A program made the translations under genes and the position numbers. Shown here piece after piece: positions 51,265 to 64,000 of a DNA stretch of 64,000 nt (position 1 is the first letter of the stretch; every line of letters begins with the position of its first letter). The stretch spans positions 699,092-763,091 of the forward strand of contig NMRA01000068.1 in assembly GCA_002633005.1 (NCBI GenBank). Reading direction: 5' to 3'. The stretch is from Phoronis australis. Lineage: Eukaryota > Animalia > Phoronida. Below the pieces are notes generated by a model that did not search any database, was not told the origin of the DNA, and worked only from the letters and a program-made list of their open reading frames with translations.

Positions 51265-52883
51265 CTAGAAAAGCAAGGATAACTATCAGCCACACATATA
51301 AGAATGCAATAATTGAAATCTTTGACTAGCACTTTGAAAACTGGATGATCTTTGCACTACCTTAGGGCTGTTCCAGTAAAAAACGTATGGGAGGGGGGGA
51401 AGGCACTCTCATTTCTTATCCACCGCCCATATTTTTCTTTTCTTTCTCCAACCCACGACACATAATTTTTAATTAAGTTGAAATATAAAATGCAGTTTTT
51501 GAGATAATCAACCTGTCTTGTCAAAAACTAAAATGGCCAATGCTACGGTAGCTGTATCTGTCCGAAAATCGATTGGTGCTGGTGCATGCCAGCGGTCTAT
51601 CTCTATGCCAAATGTCATCATGACTAGAGCATTTGAAAGCTAACAGGGTGCCTCAGTAGTTGAATCCGTCCAAAACCTGACTGGTGCCGGCATATTCTTG
51701 CCATATACTTCAGTTTCGAATTTCATTGTGATACGTCAAGCAGTTTTTGAGACAATCAACACACAAGGAGTGGCTTGTTGAAAACTAAAGTAGCCAACAT
51801 GGGGTACCAAGGTTGCCAAATCGCCTGAAAATCAACTGGTGCTGGCGCATCCCCGCCAAGTAGGCCTACCTCTATACCAAATTTCATCATGATCCGCCAA
51901 GCAATTGTTGAGATAGTTGATGGACAAGAAATGATAATGACAGGCGGACCGACCACAAAGTGTTTGCAGGTGCAGAAAAATTCCATGTGAGATCACAACT
52001 CATGTCAGTTACCAGAAACATGCTTTTCAAAGACACCTGTGAGCAATACTTTTGGCAGCCACCAGGTGTCTCTGTGCACCATGTGTGTCTGTAATTTCAC
52101 TAAGATTGAATCTCAAACTGTCTCGTGTCTCCACGAACACTTATAGATTGCTATGCCAAGTGAATATTGGAACTTGTCTATATGACTCCTCATAGTTTTT
52201 ATTTAAAAATCATCAATTGTCTTAGATGTGTTAACACCAGTTAAGTGTTGCAGTAATTTTCATTCTAATATGACTGCAGTACAACATGTTCTTGTAATCG
52301 AGTTGCCCATGACTTGATTAATGGCATAGTGTACATATTGCCCTCTGTACACTAGCAAGATGCGCTTGTTTTTGGTTTTGGGATGTGTTTAGGTATCCGC
52401 CAAGTGAATTTTTGGTGAGTTTCTTTTGAGATGTGTCTGGCTGAAAATACCCTCAGGGTAAAAAATACCACCTAGTTTTAATGCATTACTTCTTACAAGA
52501 ACGGCCACCCATAATATGAACTTTATTCTAAAGACCACCACCCATAAAGTTTTATTTCAACTGCCGTACCCCCCTCCCATACAGATTTTGCTGGAACAGC
52601 CCATACCTTTTCCAGTGCATTTTGGAAAAAAAGGGGAAAGTGCTCTAGTGAGTGACACTTGGCAAAATTGAATGATAATTGACAATGGTGACAAATGATG
52701 ACAAGAATAGCCTTGTAGACTACAACCTTGCAAAACCGTATGAAACATGACACTGATGATGGTGATGACGACCAGGATGATGGTGACGAGGTTCCTTCAA
52801 ATAGCAATACTTCATAATGATGAATAACTCTACCAACAAATTGTCCCGTGACAAAAATACTTAACATCAAGAAAACTCCTTAC

Positions 52884-53056
52884 CATCATAGTAGTTAACA
52901 TCAAGACCATAATACGCATTCTTTAATTTACTGGACATTGTTTTCAAATGCAGCGTTGCTCGGGTAATGATGAAATCTTTGTGACTGGTATCCACAGGTA
53001 CTTCAGGATTATTCTTTTGTTTCTTAAACCCATCTTCAATGACAGGATGGGTGTAG
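52884..53056 (-). CDS. Glypican penultimate exon
   Basis: SYTHPVIEDGFKKQKNNPEVPVDTS...LKTMSSKLKNAYYGLDVNYYD (glypican 'Q.NNPEV.VD ... kLknAy.G.dv'). Confidence 0.93.
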
Positions 53057-53479
53057 CTGCAAAACAGAAACAACTGTATACAAGATTCATGTTTTATTTA
53101 TGGGCTCCAAATTGAACAGTCGACATCCGATAGTTAAAGGGGAATATTACCTTGTTTGAAGGGGTTTTGGTCAATTCCAAATATTTTACTTATATTTAAA
53201 ATCTCACCGATTTAGGACACAACATGAAAGAAAAGTGGAACTTTTTTCATTAAAAATGAATAACATCAAATAAATGTTTTATCACTTTTAAGTTCAATAC
53301 TACCACTAGCATCAGTCTTGAGAAATAGGAAATGTTAGAAGCCTTTGAACAATGAAAAAAGATCAATTTTGGCAGAAATCACTTGGTGAGATGCTACCAT
53401 GATATGAAAGACACTCTGAACATTTTTTCCATAAAGATTAATTAAATACAAAAAAGAACATTTCTAAACTCAAAGTGTG

Positions 53480-54860
53480 ATGCAGTAAACGACAAACACA
53501 GAAATTGGACCCACATGAAAACCCATGTCAGTAGGAACACATCTGCCGAATCCATCCGAAAATGGAAACATGCCATCTTTTCTTTGATAGAATTCTATAT
53601 ACCAAATTTCATAAAAACCTGACAAGGAACTTCAGTGAAACAAACGAGAACGGAAAAAAATGAAATTGCCACTAGGGGTACAGCATTAGTCGGATACGTA
53701 TGAAAGTCGTAATCTATTGTTAACTTCATATAAAAACACTAATTAAGGTTGATACAGATCCAAAAGACAGATTTAAGAGATACAGCTATGGGCACAAAAT
53801 AAAAGTGACACTGTGCCAATTTTCAAAATTGTCCAAAGAATGGTTTGATTGATAGAGGGGTGGACGTTAAAAAACAGGCTTGAAAATGGCAAAAATGGCC
53901 ACTGGGTGGTGCAAAATACCTCAAATCCATCCGAAAAAACAGGATAGCATCATCTTACCAATAGATGCCTATATTACAAATGTTATGAAAATCGTTGAGG
54001 ACCTCTTCATAGTAAGAACATACATACCAATTTTCAAAATCATCCTAAGAATGGTTTCGTTGATAGAGAGATGGACGACAAAAAACAGACCCAAAATCAG
54101 CAAAAATGACCACTAAGTGGCACAAAATCCATACCAAAACGTGAGGTTAGCGTCATCTCACCAATAGATGCTCATATTCCAAATTTTATGAAAATCCATT
54201 GAGGACCTTTGACGATAGAGATAAACGTAAAGATCTAAAATCGCCACTAAGGAGCATACCAGTAGTTAGATCCATTCAAAAGTCGTCATCCGTTGTCAAC
54301 TTCATATAAATAAATACACTTGCTAAATTTAGTAATGATCCTGCGGAAAGTTTAGGAAATACAGCCATGGGCGCAAAAAACTTAACTGCTACTGGGAGGT
54401 GCCATGGTAGTAAAAGTTATTGGAAAATCATCGCCAGCCATCCTCTTCATAGTTAGAACACACATGTCAATTTTCAGAATCATTCTTAGAGCGGTTTGGT
54501 TGACAGAGGGGCGGATGCCAAAAAACAGACTCGAAAACAGCAAAAATGGCCACTAGGTGGCGCAAAATATGAGAAATCCAACCGAAAACAGGAGGATAGC
54601 TTCATGTCATAAGTAGATGTGAATATGTCAAATTTTATGAAAATCCATAGAAGGCCTTTGAAGGTACATTAGTAAACGTAAAAAACCAAAATTACCACTA
54701 GGGGCACACCAGTGGTCGGATCCGTCTGAAAAGTCGCTCATGCCGTACATCCATAGAAGGAACAAGTGCAAAATTTCATGAACATCCGTCAAAGGGTTTT
54801 GGAGATAGAGCAGCAGATGCCGGACGGACACCAGACCGAGATGACAGAATAATGCATCCA
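53480..54860 (-). mobile_element. HINE copy with tandem subunits
   Basis: Closely similar to 11607-13035; GGCCACTAGGTGGCGCA at ~54548; CGGACGGAC near end. Confidence 0.62.
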
Positions 54861-55152
54861 TAAGGATCACAATTGAATCTTGCTGCAGATTTTTTTTAAA
54901 TTTCAAGCTGTGCCACCAAACGCAGCCAAGTAAAATTTTACATTACCTTTTTTTATTAAAAAATATGTAGTAACAAAATTAATACTTTTCTATTTTCAAG
55001 TTCTGTGCCACATTTACCAATAAACAATATTTCTGAAAAATTGTCGCCATTGACAACAATGTTAGAAGCCTTTGACAAATGAAAAAAGGCAATTTTCAAA
55101 ATTATTTTTGTCTGAAACTGTTGATATTTTCCTGTAATATTATGGATCTCAC

Positions 55153-55451
55153 CTGGTGTCATCAGTGCCATTCCAGCAGTTTTTATACTGCATCTCCTCT
55201 GTTGGCATTGCAAATCCCTGCTCTGTGCACACAGCATAAGGCAGATTCCCCCACACTCCTTTGGCCAACTGTACCTTCCCCTTGATGTCTCTCACAAGAG
55301 CATACAGGTTAGTTCCAGCTGCCGTTGGTGGCCGTGTTGGCTCCTTCTTTTTGCTTTTACGGCCATTACTAGCAAGCACATCAAAGTCATCATTGTAGTT
55401 AATTTGCCGTCTCTTGCGCATCAGGCGTGGAGGACCACAGCCAGTGAATAT
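55153..55451 (-). CDS. Glypican exon with furin site
   Basis: IFTGCGPPRLMRKRR...RPPTAAGTNLYALVRDIK...WGNLPYAVC...CWNGTD; TTTCCAG| and |GTGAG. Confidence 0.93.
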
Positions 55452-57014
55452 CTGGAAATAGATGATGTGCGATGCATGACAAGATCGTGAAAAAACGTAT
55501 CTAAACTAACAAATACAGTAAAATATAGTTAGCGGACGCAATAGCAAGTAAATTTTGGTGAAGGACTGTAATACATTCATAAGGTGTATGAAAGAGCATG
55601 GATGTTAAACTATGGAAATTTTGGGAAAAGAAGGGAATGACGCTTAACCGAATGAGGGCATTAGCCTGGATGAGAATGGCAAATACTTAGTTAATGATTT
55701 TCAATGTTTAGGAAATACGTACAAAAGAAAAGACACTGAAATTGACAATTTCATTCTTCAAAATGTCTAGTTTTTCAGCAAACAGCAATCAATACCAGAC
55801 TTTGCCTTCTAACCAACAACTAATTCAAGATGTAAATGGCCATGATCACAATTCCACAATTCAACACAAATCATCTAAACAGGCACAAAATTGGATGGAG
55901 TGCCTGGAAGAAAAATGTTTACTGACGCTTGTGTAAAAGTTCTACGCGAAGCAATTTGGGGTTTCCAAGTATTTAACAAATAGAGACTGTTTTACAAAAT
56001 CTGCAACGAACTGCAGTCAACATGAAGAGACAGTCTGGAGTACACGATACATTGGCAGCAACATGTGAGTGACAGATGACTCATACATATGTTGCGCGTG
56101 CTGCCCCAGAAACAAGGGCTTGAGAAATTCTTGCTGACTTTAAGATTACTCTGCTGAAAAGCAAGTTATGACTGTCGTTTGGCAAGCAATAGCCAATTGC
56201 TGTCATCTTCATGTTTTTTGCGATAAAAATTATACGTACATTCACACAGTCCGTTAATTAAGGACATTTCTAAGTCACGATCCTCTGCCGGGACTTTACG
56301 CAGTGCCGCGGAGATTTATTGTCGGGAATATTGCTACTGGATAATGAGGACATCTTCCATGAAAAATAATATGTTTTTCCACCAGAGTTTGGTAAGTTTA
56401 TCGTTGTCAGATTTAGTAACTATTGTATGGCGTTTTACACGGTTCGAAATACTTTGATATTTGGTTCGCCGAGAGTGAATCAATAGCGCCCTATCACAGA
56501 TCTACGCTACTGTTCAATGTGTAGGGTACGAAGCGTGTTTTACCTGAAAAGATTGTTCAGGCTAGTAATCGTGTTATCAATTGACACTGATGCCTAAAAT
56601 CAGCGATGTTTCTAATTGGTGACGTTCCTTGAGCAACTACTCAACTTTTGACTGTCCCAACTGGCGATCAGCTGTTCAGGCTGCGATTAGAACCGGAATG
56701 GCTGCATCACAAAGACAATGTCAATACACAAGTCGAGAAAATGAGAGGGGTTTCCGATGGGGGCACATAATATAAAGGGCATAAAATGTGTAGTTATTAA
56801 GTAGTGGTTGTGTGGAATAAAATAAATCAAAGACATGTTGCACAAAAGTACATGTATTAAACATGTTTAAAAGGCAGTTGGCTCATTTTAACCCCTCTTT
56901 AACATACCAGACAGTCACAGATACTATTCTTCTATCTAAACAATTTTGACAAAATTATTGGATACTGTCTCAAAAGGTTCAAAGTACTGCAGTTTTACAG
57001 TAACAGAAACCTAC

Positions 57015-57145
57015 CTTCTTAGATACATCGTTGCTGTTTTCCTGGAAATGCATAATGGCGTCCGAAATCTTCAAGTCAATTGGGTCCACTACAGACTCTA
57101 TGTTGAAGGGGCCTTCAAGTCTTTCTGCCACCATCATCAACGATT
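57015..57145 (-). CDS. Glypican exon, second copy (probable haplotype/assembly duplicate)
   Basis: Same exon 499 bp away across a single N at 57461; including both copies would break the frame. Confidence 0.6.
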
Positions 57146-57513
57146 CTGGAAAAACGCAGTTGCAATGTTTAAGGTCAGTTCATTTCTAAATTGCCTACCT
57201 TCAGAACATCTCAGAAATGCCTGATCCAATTCGAACGACACTTTCAAATACGATGCTTTATGAACAGTTCAAAAATGGCTAATCTGATTCATAAACCTTA
57301 TATACGGTAAAGTCGCGTGATTTTCGGACACTGAAAATTAATTCCAACAGAAAAAAATCATTCTTGGACGAATCTCGCGAAATATCATTTTGTGGTGTCC
57401 GAATTTGGCGGACCTCCAAATTTGGGTTTCCACTAGTGTCCGAATTTCGTGGGTGTACATNTACTGTCTCAAAAGGTTCAAAGTACTGCAGTTTTACAGT
57501 AACAGAAACCTAC

Positions 57514-57644
57514 CTTCTTAGATACATCGTTGCTGTTTTCCTGGAAATGCATAATGGCGTCCGAAATCTTCAAGTCAATTGGGTCCACTACAGACTCTAT
57601 GTTGAAGGGGCCTTCAAGTCTTTCTGCCACCATCATCAACGATT
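57514..57644 (-). CDS. Glypican exon (one of two copies)
   Basis: [44 protein letters not shown], very close to GPC4/GPC6; 131 nt. Confidence 0.85.
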
Positions 57645-58759
57645 CTGGAAAAACGCAGTTGCAATGTTTAAGGTCAGTTCATTTCTAAATTGCCTACCTT
57701 CAGAACATCTCAGAAATGCCTGATCCAATTCGAACGCCACTTTCAAATACGATGCTTTATGAACAGTTCAAAAATGGCTCATCTGATTCATAAACCTTTT
57801 ATATACTGTGCTGTGAAAATGGGATAAGAAACCGAAGGCAAATTAATTCACTTTTGCATGAGGGACTGTCTAACATAAGACTTACTTGTCTGAATGATTT
57901 CTATGGAAAAATGTTAAGCTGTGTCAAACAAAAACTTGGAAAATGTAACAAAGTTTTTGAGATTTTATTTTAAACATTTGTATCAAACAAAATTGCTTAT
58001 ATTATTGACACCATTGTTTTGCTGTGATTATACCTTTCTGTTTTGTTAAAGTTTACAAAAAAGACATGGTCATGTGACCAATCAATGGCAGATTGGTACA
58101 GTTACTAATCACTAATCACGCTTTTTACTTTCAGAATATACATCTCATGAGTTATATTCTATAGTTTTGCAGATATTATTTCGCAGAATCCAAAGACTTG
58201 TTGATCGTGTCATGCTATGATTCAATCAATCACTGTTTATAGTGATTACAAATGGAAAAGAATGGGTTTGAAGTGGAAATAAAATCAATTCAATTCCTGA
58301 ACTCACAGGAAGTCAGTAGTCTTCAAGCTGGAATGGTGAAATGTGTCTGAAAAAGGTGAATGATTTTAATTGTTTGAAGGAAATCCTTCTTCATGAAGGC
58401 ATTTACAACATTATATCAATGCAGACACAGTACATGTTTTTACGTGATCAGATAATGTCATTTGTTTTACATTTTCGTTAATCTCAAATTGAAGTTATTT
58501 TGGCTCAGATGCCAACTGAAATATATGAAAACTTCATGAGGAGCAACAGTAGGGGAAATTGATGTGAGAACTTAGAACTGAGGTCGATAACCAAGCATCC
58601 ACGATGTTGTCACCAACTTATTGCCACAAAGGTCAACATATCAACAGTGAGGACAAACACTGCCAATGACAACAAAGTGTCTGTCAAGGACAGTGACGCT
58701 GCCCACACTGAAGACAACAATGAATGACACTATAATGTCTCCAAGTCTTTTTACAAGTA

Positions 58760-58940
58760 GTTTTAAATTACATCATCACCTAATTTTGTAATTCTGCTTA
58801 TCTATAACATTGTATTTTTTCTCTGGTGGCTCCGTGGTCAGGGGACCCTTTGGGTTCTTCTATAAGGGTTAATTTGTATTAATTGTATTTTTGTCTTAAA
58901 ATAAAGTGTATTACTACCGTACTACTACTACTACAACTAC
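58760..58940 (+). mobile_element. Probable LINE 3' end
   Basis: AATAAA followed by a (TAC)n tail. Confidence 0.4.
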
Positions 58941-61269
58941 GTCACAGCAAAAAAGATAACTGATGTTTGTCTGGCACTGCAACACTACACTGTCTTGGTG
59001 GGTCAGCAAATCAATATCTCAACAGAATGGAGGCTTTGCATCAGCCTATGGGATTTTTTATGCTCTTCATTTATTTGCTGAACACTTCAGTCCCAGTGGC
59101 TAACATACCGTTTTTTAAAAGTATGACGTGATTGTCGACATTTTGTTTTATTTTGAGAGCAGACGAATTGGTTCATTGTAGTTCTTCAATCATCTGCTAA
59201 GTGTTAGAGAGGCAGCTTGTAGGCTGTTCTTTACTGTGGGATGCCTCCTCCTCAGTGACCTCGGTAGCAAAATCAGAGGGTGCAACAAGCACTTGCAGGA
59301 AGTTCCAAAGCTTTAGAATGTGAAGGTGAAAGTCGGCCAATACAAAGCAAAGGAAATTAGTTGCCGCCGAGCTGGTTAATCATTCAAATACATAAACATG
59401 CAATTCAAAAGCTGCGACCAAATTGGAGGCCAGTAGAAATCATGTTCTGCAATCACCAGCAGCGACATACTTTTGTATTTAACAGCAAATCCATTTTAGG
59501 CACATGGCTACCTATGGGTCGCAAATTTATGCCGTGTCAGAGCATAAAGTGGATGTGAGCTTGAATATTGCCTTCTGGGCAATTGGTAACATGTATGGGA
59601 CTAGCTTTACACCGCATGAGACATGGTGAAATATTCATAACAGCACCAGTCTATCGGTTTATTTTTCAGTTACGTCCCCTGACATTCTAATTCGTTATAA
59701 TTGTTGGTCCCAGTGTATTTCTAACAACAGCATGCCAAAGTGGCCATATGCGCAGTGATACATGTTGTAAATGTCTGTGTGCCTCCATTGTCTGCTGACA
59801 CCATTGTCAATGACAACAGGACTGACAATGCCGGAGATGACGATGATCACAGATGTACAATACACAGCTGGAAATTCATGCAAATGCACATCATTATGCA
59901 TTCCGTGAAAGAAAATAAGCTCTGCACTAAACACTTGAAATTGATCGCAAATTTTTACAAACTAGTATCAGAAGTAGTTTTTAGACTTGGCGCTGGAAAC
60001 CATGTTCAGCGAATGAATTGAGCTGCTATGACAAGCCAAACTGTAGAACCAAGACTCAAGCAATTACAGTCTGTCAGTTCTTACAAAACCACTAATTTCA
60101 CTGATACCTTATTTAGGCTGAAATTTGGATTTACTTTGAATCAATTCAGCCCGACTGGCTTACGTCGCTTCGTCGTTCTGTCTACACTACAAGGAACAAA
60201 TCACTCTAGACCCAGTTCTGTTTACTGGAAGTGTCCCATGCATGTGATCACATTCCAGTCACAAACCTCCTATGGCAAGTGGCAAGCATTTGATATTGCT
60301 TTACCGTGTTTACTTTTTTTTAAAGTTTTTATTTTGGGGGGAATGCCATGACAGTACGATAGAAAGAGGGACTAAATTTTTGCAGCAGTGACGGGAGAGA
60401 ACGAAGGTAGATGCAGAAACCCAGGCCAGCACATGCACACCTCAGTACCACCTGTGTTGAACCGATTCGATTGTGCAAGGCAGAAATCTAACATTCTTAT
60501 CCATGAAACTGGCATGTCATTCATATAATTGTAAAACGATTCACTCACTTCATGAATCTAACTCATAAAATCTTTCACGAAATCCCATAATTGATCAGTC
60601 ATCCCTGAGATATGATGTTCTTTCTTTATCCATAATTGAATTTCTCTATGGTCTCCCATAACCTTACACTAGTTTTGCATGCTCATTGTCATGTAATGAA
60701 ATACAGGAGTTAAATAACAGTTGCATGGCAATACATTTATAATCTAACTCTGATTAACATGCAATTATTAAATATTCAATTGGCCTCATGGTCTTGTGCA
60801 CAACAACAAGACAATGTGTTAGTTGTGGTACTGGTCAACAGAATCCTATGTGGCCACATTAGCCTTAAGTGTTGGGTGCAGAAGGTTTTTTATTTGAGTG
60901 ACTAATGGTTGACCAGGTCATTAAAACAGTCTAACCTTCAGGCAATGATTCACCTATAAGGGAATTCCAAACAACTTTCTTTTTAGAAACACAACCCTGG
61001 CCAAGCTAAGGAATTATAAAGGTCAAATGTATCATGAAAAAATCAATCTCAAAATTCTAGATGTAAGATATTGTCAAAATTATTCTTCCTGAAGGTGCTC
61101 CCAACTTTTCAAAAATATTGTGATACCAATATACTAGACAGCGCTCACTGTCACTGTTTTGAACATAATTAATTTCTTAGTGACTTTAAATCTGCACATC
61201 ATATTTTCTCAATCCCTGGAAAGTTTCAGCCAAAGGAAGCATTTCTAGTACAGACTGGAGATTACATAC

Positions 61270-61435
61270 TTATGTAGCCATCCCAGGCTTCACTGAGGTC
61301 AGTGAGTTGCGCCAGACAGCCCTTCATCACATTGAGGCACAGATTGGGACAGGGCTTGGTTTTAGGCAGACCGCTGCAGAAAGGACAATACATCATCTTC
61401 ATCACAGCCTTCTCACACAATTGACTGGGTCCCAG
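61270..61435 (-). CDS. Glypican (GPC1/2/4/6, Dally-like group) internal exon
   Basis: LGPSQLCEKAVMKMMYCPFCSGLPKTKPCPNLCLNVMKGCLAQLTDLSEAWDGYI = glypican Cys signature; TTTCAG| and |GTATG; upstream exons not seen in window. Confidence 0.95.
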
Positions 61436-64000
61436 CTGAAATAGAACAAATGAATAAGAACTTAACATTTTTCACAATCATTAATTAGCAGCATTCCTCA
61501 TGTTGGACTCAGTAGATCAACTCTGTTTACAGAAAGTACAACCATTCTGAACTGTATAAACAATAATTGTCAAACTGCAAAAGAGTCCCTGTATGTGAAA
61601 TTCAAATAAAATGAAATATTCTGTGAACATGAAATGTCACAAAAACCAATCTTACTACTACAGACTTTCACCCTTGTGTTGATCTATGTTTGAAATGACA
61701 TTATTTGTCATTTTATGCTTGTTATTCAATTTAGAACAAGTAAATTCAGGTTTTTCTGTCACATTTCATGCATCTAAGACTAGCAAGAATGAGCTCCACC
61801 ACCTTTATTAGCATTGCAATTTTTATGGATATTGTCTTACAGAAAGTTCTTTTGTCATTTAAGCGACGATTCAAAAAACTAAAAAATTTCACGTCTATTG
61901 TCATGCATTCTTTAATATTTGCACATTCCAATGCACAGCAAAAATGCTTACTTATCACCTGAAAGCATCTTATTTTGTAAGTACCCAACACCTTTTAGCG
62001 TCTCATTCTTTATTTCTGGAGAACTCAGAGTCATTTTACATCATTTCCCAACTTGAGAATGTCACTTGACATTATTTGCTTAGATTTAGCATGACATAAA
62101 AATATTTTTCCTCAAGAAATCCACATTCTGAGTCTACATCAATGAGTTAAATGTTGTGTACTCCTTAGACCAAGAGTTAGCCCCAAATACCCGTCTCATG
62201 CCCTAATATTACAACCCTATTTTAGAACTACTGACTAAAGTTTTCCCATTACAGGGCCATGAATGACACTGAACTACAAAAACCACATTCACGGATGGTA
62301 GATGCTAGTGCCACCTATTGTTGGCAGCTGTCACCAACCATTTACCATTCAGTTGCAATTCAATGCTTAGTGGACAAAAAGTACAACCATGTTCTGTAAC
62401 AAAGGAAATTCAAAGACTAGGGAACTTTCCTGTGAATTTTCTCAAGCTGACTTGAATGTTCACTTGAACTTTGCCATTAATTTGACAAAGCATCAATATG
62501 CCCACAAAAAATTCAGGTGGAGTTGAGCACAGAACATTCCCCTGCATGCATGCGTAAAAATCACAAAACTCATTAAGAAAATACTTCGGTCAAAATGCAC
62601 AGTGGCAACATTATGCACTATGGCACTTAGTTAGGGCAATTTTTAAAAAGTTTGGTCGAGATCTTTTGAGTAGTGCACAGGAGGACACAGACTATGCTCC
62701 AACATGCAACATTACAACATTATGTACGTAGCCCTAGTTTGATTTATCCGTCACTTCAGAATGATATACATGTGAAAAAATCCAATTTTTCATGCTCACT
62801 TTTTTCTGAATCTCTTGTTTAGTGACTCTTCACCTGCTTCAACATTTTCGTTCCGTTGACAAATATGTTATAGTGCAAAACAAATTCTCTTATGGTGCAA
62901 CTTGCTAACATCTGTGTTGATCCTGTGATTAGACTATTGATCAATTCCCTGAGAGAAATCTGATAGACACTTGACACCAACTAGGCAAGGCCACAAGATT
63001 TCAGGCATTACAGGCTGATGACTTAAGTAAACACTGGCCTATAGTAAGCATCCCTTTCCCATGGTTACCATGGAAACAGTAGGAGACATAAGTCCCAATA
63101 CAAACAATACTGAGCCAAAACACAACAGCATCAATGAAATGCACAGGACTTGGAATGACCAATGACAAAAAAGAGCAAAATTTTCCAGGAGATGTATCAT
63201 TCCACAAATAAATTGGCTTGTATGATAACGATATTTTTTTGAGTTGTAAAATTTCTGAAATACACATTTTTGCATGAATAAAGTCAAAATAATGACAAAA
63301 ATAAGCGAAAACGGAGGAAACTGGGTATCAAATAAGAAATCGTTACCAAAAAAGAGGAAATCCCATAAAAGAGGAAAATTCCAAGTACTGAATACAGATG
63401 ACTCTGATGTGATATTTGGTAGTGTAGTCCTGATTTTAGCAGCACTATGTCAAACTGCCATTCACTGCTAGCAGTTTTCAGTTGATTTCATACATTTTAA
63501 GACATATAACGATAGAATATGAAGACCTGTGTTACTTGGGTCAGAACTCAATATGAGAAATAGATATTGGAATTCCACTTGTCAGTCAATTAGAAACTTG
63601 TGTTTGCCCACTTGAGCACATGCTGAAAGAATCCATGCATCATCAGATTTGGCAAACACCAGCTCATCAACTGTGACCTCAGATTGACTGGCTGCACTCA
63701 AATTTTAGTTGGTCAACTAGTCAAACCTCAAGTTTCAAGATTTTACAGCACTTTTTGTGTTTTGCAATACACTTTCCCCGTAAAATAATATTTTAGACTC
63801 TTGGTGAAATAAGGTTACATGGATCGACGAGCAATGAAACAACGATGTGTATCTAATCGGAATCATGAAAGTCTTATTTATTATAACTGGACAATTATAG
63901 CTTCAATTATTTTCCATGATGTCACACAAAACTCAATGAGAAATCATTATTTGGAATATGATAATGACCTTGCTAACAGTGGAGCAAAGGTCGGGTGATC

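Noticed and set aside
50958-51329. Plus-strand Pro-rich 123-aa ORF
   Set aside because: Antisense shadow of the glypican Gly/Ser-rich last exon
56946-57723. Two near-identical plus-strand ORFs, or mutually exclusive glypican exons
   Set aside because: Antisense of the glypican exon; the duplication sits at a single-N join and the exon copies appear identical
59361-60351. Cluster of short ORFs in the glypican intron
   Set aside because: No recognisable family or splice structure

Overview
Eukaryotic, AT-rich, intron-rich animal genomic DNA; an invertebrate deuterostome such as a hemichordate or echinoderm is my inference only. I reconstructed three spliced genes by hand from GT-AG sites with consistent intron phases. 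(1) An MGAT4A/B-like N-acetylglucosaminyltransferase on the minus strand, with three 5' coding exons (17782->3310); it presumably continues beyond the left edge. (2) A complete RECQL5 helicase on the plus strand, head-to-head with MGAT4 (11 coding exons, 18507-43880, ~1361 aa, including an unusually large 2268-nt exon). (3) The 3' half of a glypican of the GPC1/2/4/6 (Dally-like) group on the minus strand, tail-to-tail with RECQL5 (exons 61435->50930). Introns hold many transposon remnants: a hAT-like nested element with an 8-bp TSD, a CR1-type LINE, two Penelope fragments, an LTR gag/protease relic, foldback elements and a 22-bp minisatellite. The most striking non-coding signal is a Helentron/DINE-1-like (HINE) family with ~9-10 copies. 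Its internal ~140-bp subunits form a 3-mer higher-order repeat, each subunit carries a CTCF-like motif, and every copy I could orient lies the same way relative to the transcription of its host gene. Two single-N joins duplicate flanking sequence and look like uncollapsed haplotypes, each revealing an allelic structural variant. No prokaryotic-type systems, CRISPR arrays or RNA genes were seen.
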